Assembly (NCBI GenBank): GCA_017645765.1
Contig: JAGCNV010000016.1
Coordinates: 36,316-100,315 of the forward strand
DNA: 64,000 nt
Direction of reading: 5' to 3'
DNA from: a bacterium
GTDB lineage: Bacteria > UBP6 > UBA1177
The position numbers and the translations under genes are program-made. Positions 56,239-64,000 of this stretch are shown piece after piece (position 1 is the stretch's first letter; each line of letters begins with the position of its first letter). The notes under the pieces are model-generated. The model saw only the letters and a list, made by a program, of their open reading frames with translations, made no database searches and was not told where the DNA came from.

Positions 56239-57702
56239 TTATTCAGCGCTTGGATTCTCGACTTTTCCGATGAAAAGAATCGAGCCTGTCCTGTCGTCGC
56301 GGATCACGAAAACAAAAGGACGGTCTGCGTAGAATCCGGAAGACATCGCGTTGTCGCTGTATTCGACGGAAGTAACAGCTGCCGCCTCTGTTCCTGCTTC
56401 GTTGACTTCGATGAAAGTTTTGTGCTTGATTTCCGAAATGAAAGGATCGTGCGGAAGTTCGGCTATGTTGTAAAATCCACCTTCTTTAAAAGCCTTTTTC
56501 ATGCCGAGTTCCTTGAAAATTTCAACAAGAGACTTCTCGTATTCGAACTTGAATTTCGGGAGTTTCATCGGAAAATCCATTTCGTTGAGAAGAGAAAAAT
56601 AATGGTCGAAACCGTTGCCAGCTATTTTTGCGATAAATTCGTCGATATTCGATTTGTTGTCGTGACTCGGAACTATGCCGTAGAATGCGAAAACATCGCG
56701 GCCGTACGGGATTCTGATCATAGCAAAACCGTCTTTGTCCCCCCAGTCTGACGAATATGCTAAAAACTCAGGGACATCCTCTGTTTCTACGAAACGCATG
56801 AAGTTCGCGGTCGTTTCAGTTCCGTCAGAAAGAGTGAATGTTCCCTCATAGGTGTTTTCTTCGTTGAAAGCGGTCGTCCACGCAGCTTTGAAATAGATCG
56901 CATTTATGAGATACATAACGACATCTTCGCCTATTTCCTCGACGATTTTGTCGATTTTGCCGTTTGTGTTCTCTGAAACCCACGCGTTGATGTTTTCAAC
57001 ATTGAAACCTTCAGCAAAAATTTCGGCATCGTAAAACTCGTTTAGAACATCGGTGAAAGCCGCCTTTACATCAAGCGAGAACTCTTCGCGCATCCAGACA
57101 GAGTTCGCAATCGAAAGAACAAGGTCTTTATCTGCCGCGACAAGGCTTGCGATAAGGTGCATGAACTGCTCGTTGATATCGGGAAGTTCCATCTCGCCGA
57201 AACCGAGGACATCTTTCATTTCGTCAAGGTTTTCGCCCGATGCGCCGTTTGTGCTCATCGCCATCGCAATCGAAATCGAAAGCGGGGAAATCATCATGTT
57301 TTTGCCAGCCTCAGCAGCCGCAAGTTTGCTGAACATCTTCATTCCGAGGTCGTTGTTGGCTTTTACGACATCTTTTGAAACTTTCACCGCATGCTCGTCA
57401 GCCTTTTTGTATTTTGCTTCCCAGGTTCCGCCTTCTTCCGGATCAGTCGGGTCATCGGTCGGATTGTCAGTCGGTTCCGTCGGATTAGTCGGATCGGTCG
57501 GATTAGTCGGATCGGTCGGATTAGTCGGATCTGCGGTATCGGTATCACCGGAATCGCCAGTGTCCGTCGGATCAGTCTGGGTGTCACCAGTGTCTACCGT
57601 TGTGTCGCCGGTGTCTGTCTTGTCTTCATCTTTGCTGCTTCCGCCGCACGAAACGAAGAAGAACATTGCCAAAACCGTGAAAAGGATCATGGATTTCTTC
57701 AT
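56239..57702 (-). CDS. Serpin lipoprotein, paralog 2 (tandem duplicate with a divergent reactive-centre loop)
   Basis: Hinge EAGTEAAAVTSVEYSDNAMSS. DRPFVFVIRDDRTGSILFIGKVENP. Signal MKKSMILFTVLAMFFFVSC. (PTNPTD)n linker. Confidence 0.85.
   Translation of the reverse strand: MKKSMILFTVLAMFFFVSCGGSSKDEDKTDTGDTTVDTGDTQTDPTDTGDSGDTDTADPTNPTDPTNPTDPTNPTEPTDNPTDDPTDPEEGGTWEAKYKKADEHAVKVSKDVVKANNDLGMKMFSKLAAAEAGKNMMISPLSISIAMAMSTNGASGENLDEMKDVLGFGEMELPDINEQFMHLIASLVAADKDLVLSIANSVWMREEFSLDVKAAFTDVLNEFYDAEIFAEGFNVENINAWVSENTNGKIDKIVEEIGEDVVMYLINAIYFKAAWTTAFNEENTYEGTFTLSDGTETTANFMRFVETEDVPEFLAYSSDWGDKDGFAMIRIPYGRDVFAFYGIVPSHDNKSNIDEFIAKIAGNGFDHYFSLLNEMDFPMKLPKFKFEYEKSLVEIFKELGMKKAFKEGGFYNIAELPHDPFISEIKHKTFIEVNEAGTEAAAVTSVEYSDNAMSSGFYADRPFVFVIRDDRTGSILFIGKVENPSAE
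57463..57530 (-). repeat. 18-bp tandem repeat (x3) encoding PTNPTD units in the serpin linker
   Basis: Direct reading of ccgtcggattagtcggatcggtcggattagtcggatcggtcggattagtcggatc. Confidence 0.7.
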
Positions 57703-57805
57703 TTTGATCTCCATCAAAAAAAGTTACTCAAACTGCAAAAAACTCTCACGTTTATTTAGTTCCATATACCTTTGATTTTTCTGACTCAAAATCAAAAAAT
57801 ATTTT

Positions 57806-59239
57806 TTAGTTGAAGCTCCACTCGGTTCCGTTCGGGGTATCCTGAATTGAAATTCCTTTTTCAAGAAGTTCTTCGCGCATTTTGTCAGCCATTTCGAAAT
57901 TTTTCTCGGCGCGGTAAGCTTTTCTCTTGTTTATGATCTCTTCGATCTCGTCTTTCGAAATGCCGTAGCGTACAATCTGGATCTCTTTAATTTCATTTGT
58001 GATTTCGTCAGGATCTCTGAGAAGGACGCCCATGACTCCGCCGACTTCCCTGATCGCTTCCGCAAAGCCTGCGCATTCGTCGGGAGTCGGTCTTGTCTTT
58101 TTGGAAACAAGGACTTCGTTCAAATGCTTGAAGAGGTTGAAAAGTGCCGCAACGACTCTCGCGCTGTTGAAGTCATCGTCCATAGCTTCCTTAAATTCAT
58201 TAATAAATTCAAGAGCTTTTTCGTTTCTGACCGGTTTTACAGCCTTTGTCGCGAACTGGTTCAAAGTTTTCAGAGTGTTGTAGAAGTAACAGATCTTCTT
58301 TTCGGTATCTTTCAGATTAGCCATCGAGAAATCTATCGGCGTACGGTAATGCGTCGAAAGCATGAAGTAGCGCAGAACTTCGGGATGATACTGCTTGAGC
58401 GCGTCCTCGACCGTGATGAAGTTGTGGAGCGATTTACTCATTTTTTCGCCCTCGACCGTGAGGAAACCGTTGTGGACCCAGTATTTCGCGAAAGGTTTGC
58501 CTGTCGCACATTCAGCCTGGGCAATCTCGTTTTCGTGATGCGGGAAAATTAGGTCTCTGCCGCCTGCGTGGATGTCGAACGAATCGCCGAGATATTTTGT
58601 GCTCATCGCGCTGCATTCGATGTGCCAGCCAGGTCTTCCTTCTCCCCACGGGCTTTCCCACTTCGGTTCGCCCGGCTTCGATGCTTTCCAAAGGGCAAAA
58701 TCAAGCGGGTTCTGCTTGCTTTCTTCGACGTCGAAACGAGTTCCGCTTATCATTTCGTCAAGCTTTCTGCCGCTCAGTTTGCCGTAGCCTTTGAACTTTT
58801 CGACCGCGAAATATACGCTGCCGTCGGATGTCGGATATGCGAAACCTTTGTCGACAAGTTTCTGGACCATCGAGATTATTTCGGGAATATGCATCGTAGC
58901 CTTGGGTTCAACGTCAGGTCTTGCAAGTCCGAGAGCGTCCATCGCCTTGTAGAAAGCGTCGATATTCTCTTCCGTTAGAGCGCGGAAATCAATCCCTCTT
59001 TCGTTTGCGCGGGCAATGATCTTGTCATCGATATCGGTGAAATTCCTGACATAAGTTACTGAATATCCTGAATATTTCAGATAATTTACGATAAGGTCGA
59101 TCGCGACTTCCTTCCTTGCGTGGCCGATGTGCGGCTTGTCGTAAACCGTCATTCCGCAGGCATAAAGACCGACGTTTTTGCCGTTTAAAGGAACGAAATC
59201 CTCTTTTTTCTCACTCATCGAATTGTAAATCCTAAGCAT
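57806..59239 (-). CDS. cysS: Cysteinyl-tRNA synthetase
   Basis: The HIGH motif (KPHIGHARKEV), the KMSKS motif (GEKMSKSLHNF) and CGMTVYD are all present. ATG at 59237-59239 with GGAGAG 7 nt upstream. Confidence 0.9.
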   Translation of the reverse strand: MLRIYNSMSEKKEDFVPLNGKNVGLYACGMTVYDKPHIGHARKEVAIDLIVNYLKYSGYSVTYVRNFTDIDDKIIARANERGIDFRALTEENIDAFYKAMDALGLARPDVEPKATMHIPEIISMVQKLVDKGFAYPTSDGSVYFAVEKFKGYGKLSGRKLDEMISGTRFDVEESKQNPLDFALWKASKPGEPKWESPWGEGRPGWHIECSAMSTKYLGDSFDIHAGGRDLIFPHHENEIAQAECATGKPFAKYWVHNGFLTVEGEKMSKSLHNFITVEDALKQYHPEVLRYFMLSTHYRTPIDFSMANLKDTEKKICYFYNTLKTLNQFATKAVKPVRNEKALEFINEFKEAMDDDFNSARVVAALFNLFKHLNEVLVSKKTRPTPDECAGFAEAIREVGGVMGVLLRDPDEITNEIKEIQIVRYGISKDEIEEIINKRKAYRAEKNFEMADKMREELLEKGISIQDTPNGTEWSFN

Positions 59240-59360
59240 TTTTCTCTCCATAAAAGTTCCTAAAAAGCAGAATATTATACGCAAAACATATTTTTGTTCA
59301 AAAAAACTTTGTATTACTCCTAAAAACTTTTTTTAGAAAATCCTTCCATTATAATCTGAC

Positions 59361-59436
59361 GGTTTTTGCTGTAGAGACGTCATATTATGGCATCTCCAAA
59401 GACGTTTCAGGAAACGTCTCTACAACGGTAACAAAT
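59361..59436 (+). promoter_or_regulatory. 5' leader element: perfect 11-bp inverted repeat tgtagagacgt / acgtctctaca with a nested hairpin agacgtttc-agg-gaaacgtct, upstream of the leuD-like gene
   Basis: Seen directly. A related ttgtagagacgg...cgtctc motif lies at 61535..61566 upstream of the MNT gene. Confidence 0.35.
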
Positions 59437-59457
59437 GAATGAGGTGAGGAGGATAAA

Positions 59458-59964
59458 ATGAAAAAAATTACGGCTGAAATTTTTGTTTTGAAGGATGGTG
59501 AAGGAAAACTTATCAACGATATCGACACCGATATGATTTTCCACAACAAGTATCTTTCGATCGTCGACATCAACCTGATGGGACAGTATGCGCTTGACAA
59601 CCTGGAAGGTTACAAGGATTTTTCTAAAAAAGTAAAACCCGGAATGATTGTCGTCGCGGGCGAGAATTTTGGAGCGGGAAGCAGCCGTCAGCAGGCGGTC
59701 GACTGCTTTATTTCCTTGAATTTACAGGGTGTTGCCGCAAAATCTTTCGGCGCGATATACAAAAGAAACATAATCAACACCGGTTTCCCGATGATCGAGA
59801 TCCTCGATATCGCAGACGATGCACTTGAAACCGGAAAAACCCTTGATTTCGACATCGAATCGGGCGAAATTATTGATAACGGTAAGACAGTCGGTCACTT
59901 CAAAAAATTCTCGACAGTGCAAAAAGATATCATCGAAAAGAAAGGTCTTCTCAACTGCATTTAA
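59458..59964 (+). CDS. 3-isopropylmalate dehydratase small subunit-like (aconitase swivel domain, LeuD-type) protein, stand-alone
   Basis: GMIVVAGENFGAGSSRQQAVDCF matches LeuD GENFGCGSSRE. 168 aa. No adjacent large subunit. Confidence 0.65.
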   Translation: MKKITAEIFVLKDGEGKLINDIDTDMIFHNKYLSIVDINLMGQYALDNLEGYKDFSKKVKPGMIVVAGENFGAGSSRQQAVDCFISLNLQGVAAKSFGAIYKRNIINTGFPMIEILDIADDALETGKTLDFDIESGEIIDNGKTVGHFKKFSTVQKDIIEKKGLLNCI

Positions 59965-59984
59965 AGGTGTATTTAAAGGAAAAA

Positions 59985-61496
59985 ATGACAGAAAAAACGA
60001 AAATAAATCCGAGAAAGGCGGGGATCATTCTTCATCCGACTTCACTTCCAGGAAATTACGGAATCGGTGATTTCGGCGCGGCGGCATACAATTTTGTCGA
60101 TTTTATGGCTGAATCGGGAATAAGGATCTGGCAGATCCTGCCGCTCACTCCGACCGGTGCCGACGGCTGCCCGTACAACTCTTTCAGCGCGTTTGCCGGA
60201 AACGAGATTTTAATCGATTTGGACTCGCTTTTTGAGGAAAATCTCCTTGAAAAAACGGCGGTTATGCCTGTTTTTGATAACTTCAGAGTCGATTATCCGA
60301 AAGTTATTGAGTTTAAATCGAAAGCTCTGGATGAAGCGGCTGAAAATTTTTATAAAGTCCGTGAAAATTATCCCGATTTTAGTGCTTTTGTCGAAGAAAA
60401 CTCTTCATGGCTGCGGGATTTCGCGCTTTTCAGGGTTCTCACGAAAAATTTTGAAGGAAAATCGTGGAAGTTCTGGCCTCAAGCATTCAGAAACCACGAT
60501 GAAAAAGCCTTGAAAGAGTTTGAAAAAGCGCATGAATTGGAGCTTTTCCGCCACTTTTTCGCACAGTGGATATTCTTTTCGCAGTGGAAAAAACTCAAAA
60601 CCTACGCGAATGAAAAAGATATCGAGATCATGGGCGATATTCCGATCTTCCTCTCTTTTGACAGCGCCGATGTCTGGGCGAACCAGCATATTTTCAAGAT
60701 GAGTGACGCCGTTATGTCGGAAGTAGCAGGTGTTCCGCCGGATTATTTCAGCGCAGACGGACAGCTCTGGGGAAATCCGCTTTATGACTGGAATGTCCTT
60801 GAAAAAGAGGATTTTTCGTGGTGGATAGATCGTTTTCTCCATAATCTGAAACTTTACGATATTCTCCGTCTTGACCATTTCCGCGGTTTCAGCGCATACT
60901 GGTCCGTTCCGGCAACCGAAAAAACTGCCAAAAACGGACACTGGGAGAAAGGTCCGCGTGAAAAACTTTTTGAAACTCTCTTCAAAAAAGCGGGGAAGAT
61001 ACCGATAGTCGCCGAAGATCTGGGCGATATTGACGCAGATGTAGTCAAACTCCGTGAAAACTGCGGATTTGCAGGAATGAAAGTGCTTCAGTTCGCCTTT
61101 TACGAAGGGACTGACCACGAATTCCTGCCGCACAACTACAATACGACAAACTGCGTCTGCTACACCGGAACGCACGACAACGACACGACTGTCGGCTGGT
61201 TCTGGTCGCTTTCCGACGGCACAAAATCGTTTGTCACCCACTACTTGGGAAGCAACGGAGACGACATCCACTGGAAAATGATCAGACTTGCGATGTCTTC
61301 TATCGCCGAAAAAGCACTGTTTCCGCTTCAGGATGTCCTCGGCTGGGGAGGAGACTGCCGCTTCAACGTTCCCGGAACGACAGGACCGCAGAACTGGTCA
61401 TGGCGCTTCCAGAAAGATTCCCTTTCAAAATACCATTCAGATCTGCTTCGCGGCATAGTTGTCGCATTCAACCGCGAAAACAAGAAAAGTTCGTAA
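59985..61496 (+). CDS. malQ: 4-alpha-glucanotransferase (amylomaltase, GH77)
   Basis: KAGIILHPTSLPGNYGIGDFG is the amylomaltase N-terminal signature. About 500 aa. Confidence 0.8.
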   Translation: MTEKTKINPRKAGIILHPTSLPGNYGIGDFGAAAYNFVDFMAESGIRIWQILPLTPTGADGCPYNSFSAFAGNEILIDLDSLFEENLLEKTAVMPVFDNFRVDYPKVIEFKSKALDEAAENFYKVRENYPDFSAFVEENSSWLRDFALFRVLTKNFEGKSWKFWPQAFRNHDEKALKEFEKAHELELFRHFFAQWIFFSQWKKLKTYANEKDIEIMGDIPIFLSFDSADVWANQHIFKMSDAVMSEVAGVPPDYFSADGQLWGNPLYDWNVLEKEDFSWWIDRFLHNLKLYDILRLDHFRGFSAYWSVPATEKTAKNGHWEKGPREKLFETLFKKAGKIPIVAEDLGDIDADVVKLRENCGFAGMKVLQFAFYEGTDHEFLPHNYNTTNCVCYTGTHDNDTTVGWFWSLSDGTKSFVTHYLGSNGDDIHWKMIRLAMSSIAEKALFPLQDVLGWGGDCRFNVPGTTGPQNWSWRFQKDSLSKYHSDLLRGIVVAFNRENKKSS

Positions 61497-61585
61497 TCTC
61501 TCGCAATTTCCGAATAATTGAATATAATACAAAGGTTTTCTTGTAGAGACGGAACCTGACACGTCTCATTTACGGAGGTTCAGAA

Positions 61586-61897
61586 ATGCCTGAAAATGAA
61601 ATCAATCTCATAAAAGAGAAACTTGTGAACGAACTGACACCGTTGAAAATATATCTCTTCGGTTCATTTGCGGACGGAACGGCGACCGAAGACAGCGACT
61701 TCGATTTTTATATCATTGTCAAGGACGGTTCACAGAATCTTGCCGATTTGACGGCTGAAGCTTACAAGTCAATCCGTTCGGTGCGAAGCCGCGCAGTGGA
61801 CATTGTCATCTGCACGGAGAGCCGATTTGAAAGCCGTAAAAACAGAATGGGAATTGAAAACGAAGTTATGAACAAAGGAGTGCTGCTGTATGGCTAA
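61586..61897 (+). CDS. Minimal nucleotidyltransferase (MNT/MntA-like antitoxin)
   Basis: LFGSFADGTATEDSDFDFYIIV is the GS...DxD polymerase-beta-like NTase motif. 103 aa. Confidence 0.7.
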   Translation: MPENEINLIKEKLVNELTPLKIYLFGSFADGTATEDSDFDFYIIVKDGSQNLADLTAEAYKSIRSVRSRAVDIVICTESRFESRKNRMGIENEVMNKGVLLYG

Positions 61898-62294
61898 CGA
61901 AAATTTAAACGACGCGAAAGAATGGCTTTCCTTTGCGGAAGCGGATTTAGGAGTTGCGACTCATCTTTTGGCGACATATAACCCGAAACCGCTTGAAATC
62001 GTGTGCTTTCACTGCCAGCAGGCGGCTGAAAAAGCTGTCAAAGCATTGATTGTGCTGAACGGCAGCCAGGGAGGAATCCCCAAAAAACACGATCTTTTTC
62101 TTCTCTTAAATCAAATAAAAGACACCGTCAAAATCGATGAAAAATATTACAATTATGCAGATATTCTGACTCCTTACGCTGTTTCGATGCGTTATCCCAA
62201 CGAACTGTTTCTTGAAGAACGCCATGCAGTAAAAGCGATAGATATGGCTAAGGAATTTGTCGATTGGGCAAAAAGTATTGTTTCGATTATTTAG
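61890..62294 (+). CDS. HEPN domain protein (HepT-like toxin partner of MNT)
   Basis: 134 aa. It overlaps the MNT gene by 8 bp. FHCQQAAEKAVKALIV and KKHDLFLLL are HEPN-like. Confidence 0.6.
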   Translation: MANENLNDAKEWLSFAEADLGVATHLLATYNPKPLEIVCFHCQQAAEKAVKALIVLNGSQGGIPKKHDLFLLLNQIKDTVKIDEKYYNYADILTPYAVSMRYPNELFLEERHAVKAIDMAKEFVDWAKSIVSII

Positions 62295-62305
62295 GAGAAA
62301 TCTTA

Positions 62306-63157
62306 ATGAGAAAAATTTCTTTATTTTTATTGTTTTTTGCAATTTTCATTTTTGCCGCATGCGGCGGTTCGAAAAACGATGACAAAACCGATTCTGACCG
62401 ACCAGAAGGTTCTCTTTACGGTAAATGCTACCAAAATAAAACCTGTAACAAAGGACTTGAATGTGATACAGAGAATAATATTTGTATTAAAGAATCTGAA
62501 AAATCAGAAAATGAAGATATTTCAAACACTGATGAATCCAATAATGATGAGGATGATTCACATGAATGTGAACCCGGAGAATTCGCTTGCAAAAAAGATT
62601 CATTGATAAACATAGAATATTCTATGCGTTGCGATTCCGATTCATTAGAATATGGTAAATTTGAAATTTGCAAAGATACATGCGATTCGTCTACCGGCAA
62701 ATGCAGTCCATGGAGAGATCCTGATACAAACCTGATTTGGTCATTACATGCTCATATAGAAATGAGTTTGGAAGAAGCAATTTCCTACTGCGAAAATCTA
62801 AAAGAAGGAAGCGAAGGTCGTAATTGGCGTTTACCAACTATTGATGAGTTGAGAACCCTTATTCGCGACTGCTCATCAACTGTTATAGAAGGAACTTGTA
62901 AAGTTAGCGCAGATAATGACTGTTTGTCCCAAAAAGAATGTTGGACAGAAGAGGACTGCAATGGTTGTATTTATGACAGCAATGAGCCAAATAATTACAG
63001 CAAAATGGATATCATCTTTGGAAGTTCTACAAAGTATTGGTCAGCATCTTTTCGGTCAGATTATCCATCAGACCATGCGTATTTTATAGATTTCTCTACT
63101 GGTGCTATCTCTGCTTATTACAAAGATAGTCAAATCTCTGTAAGGTGCGTTAAATAG
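62306..63157 (+). CDS. Lipoprotein with N-terminal Cys-knot-like motif, acidic linker and DUF1566/Fib_succ_major-like domain
   Basis: AGGAGA sits upstream of the ATG at 62306. Signal MRKISLFLLFFAIFIFAACGG. GKCYQNKTCNKGLECDTENNICIKE. GRNWRLPTIDELRTLI. Confidence 0.7.
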   Translation: MRKISLFLLFFAIFIFAACGGSKNDDKTDSDRPEGSLYGKCYQNKTCNKGLECDTENNICIKESEKSENEDISNTDESNNDEDDSHECEPGEFACKKDSLINIEYSMRCDSDSLEYGKFEICKDTCDSSTGKCSPWRDPDTNLIWSLHAHIEMSLEEAISYCENLKEGSEGRNWRLPTIDELRTLIRDCSSTVIEGTCKVSADNDCLSQKECWTEEDCNGCIYDSNEPNNYSKMDIIFGSSTKYWSASFRSDYPSDHAYFIDFSTGAISAYYKDSQISVRCVK

Positions 63158-63310
63158 CAAAACACAACAACGAAAAAATGTATTTAAAAAAACACTTTTT
63201 CCGCGATAACATTGATTTCCTGCAGAAAATTTTTAATTCTCCTGTTCACTTCACCATTCGTGGTGCAATTGGAGGTTTATAAACTTTACTAAGGAATTTA
63301 AGGCAAAAGC

Positions 63311-64000
63311 ATGAATAGAATCAATAATTATTTCAGTCTGTTAGCTGTTGTGTTTATGGCTCTCATCTGTACATCCTGCGAGCTTGAATACACGCCGATG
63401 AACAGTGACCCTTTCCGTGTGGCACTTTCGCTGAGCCCGTTTGCCCTCAATCAGTTCGAGGACAGCTATTCATTTGTTGTCGGTGATAAAACAGCGACTA
63501 CACCCGCCGAGCTGCAAGCCATCTACCGTGACCTCGGTTCGACCGAGATGTTCGTGCGAATCGCCACAAAGCGCCACAAGACATACAAGGAAGACGGCGT
63601 TACTCTGGACAACACTGTTGACGGCAAGGAAGACGAGAATGCCAACGTCCACACATTCGACCAGGCGATAGAGCTCTGCAAAATAGCAGCCGGGCTGGAT
63701 ATTCCGATAAATCCCGAAATCATGGGAGCTTACATCTACATGGATATGGACAAGCAGCAGGAGCCGCGTTTTGAGGAGTATCCCGAAATCTATGCTCTGC
63801 AGAACGGCAAAGAGTGGTCGGATCTCTCAGTGGACGAGGCCTGCACCGTGATGGAGGCTTACGCTGCTTTTGTCGCGGAGGAACTTCTTTCTAACGGCTG
63901 CACGATAAACAACTGGAATCTTGGCAACGAGGCGAATTTCGGTTTTGCCGCTACCGGAAAAGGGATTTCCGATATAAAAAAATACACCGGCTCTGTATTT
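63311..64000 (+). CDS. Lipoprotein, putative glycoside hydrolase (clan GH-A-like NE motif), 3'-partial
   Basis: ATG at 63311. Signal MNRINNYFSLLAVVFMALICTSC. The WNLGNEAN motif is reminiscent of a GH-A catalytic acid/base. It is truncated at the window end and not in the track. Confidence 0.4.
   Translation, partial: MNRINNYFSLLAVVFMALICTSCELEYTPMNSDPFRVALSLSPFALNQFEDSYSFVVGDKTATTPAELQAIYRDLGSTEMFVRIATKRHKTYKEDGVTLDNTVDGKEDENANVHTFDQAIELCKIAAGLDIPINPEIMGAYIYMDMDKQQEPRFEEYPEIYALQNGKEWSDLSVDEACTVMEAYAAFVAEELLSNGCTINNWNLGNEANFGFAATGKGISDIKKYTGSVF

Noticed and set aside
60405-61271. 288-aa minus-strand ORF antisense to malQ. Similar antisense ORFs lie at 39484..40155, 50307..50987, 21287..22138, 24746..25345, 30589..31407 and 15864..16775.
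   Set aside because: Each overlaps a well-supported gene on the opposite strand and lacks motifs.

Overview
The window looks like a Fibrobacter-type (Fibrobacterota) chromosome segment. Supporting this are a GC content around 48-50%, many lipoproteins with Asp/Thr/Pro-rich acidic linkers, and three proteins with C-terminal DUF1566 (Fib_succ_major-like) domains. It is densely coding; reading in window order, the main contents are as follows.

- (1) A type IV pilus minor-pilin operon on the minus strand (FimT/GspH-like, PilV-, PilW-, PilX-like) ending in a PilY1-like tip protein of more than 1590 aa that runs off the 5' edge of the window.
- (2) A membrane one-component regulator with a periplasmic Reg_prop beta-propeller and a C-terminal AraC helix-turn-helix, divergent from a 1794-aa lipoprotein carrying about 40 Myxococcus-type cysteine-rich repeats and two DUF1566 domains.
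- (3) A tight five-gene operon: hypothetical, double-FHA membrane protein, ankyrin protein, ParA/MinD-like protein with a degenerate Walker A and a RodZ-like HTH, then lgt.
- (4) Housekeeping genes: pepF, an MtgA-like transglycosylase fusion, dapH, a GT2 glycosyltransferase, an alpha/beta FAD-FeS dehydrogenase pair, an S8 protease, rnhB, hemW, a DJ-1 protein, secG followed by tRNA-Leu, an M20 deacetylase, a tricorn-like protease, an MscS channel, a DHH phosphoesterase, cysS, a LeuD-like protein and malQ.
- (5) A cluster of four secreted acidic lipoproteins, including a thrombospondin type-3 repeat protein with a (DPS)n tail.
- (6) Two tandem serpin lipoproteins and an S10-like peptidase that share a conserved leader sequence.
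- (7) Two toxin-antitoxin or abortive-infection modules. An AbiEi/AbiEii-like pair is flanked by 46-bp direct repeats that duplicate the 3' end of the M20 gene, which points to an integrated defense cassette. The other module is an MNT/HEPN pair.
- (8) Recurrent intergenic palindromic elements built on ATTTCGA repeats.

No rRNA, CRISPR array, transposase or integrase is visible. The ORF track omits ORFs truncated by the window edges (1..4773 minus and 63311..64000 plus), and I translated those by hand. All functional calls rest on motifs I recognised by eye, not on database searches.
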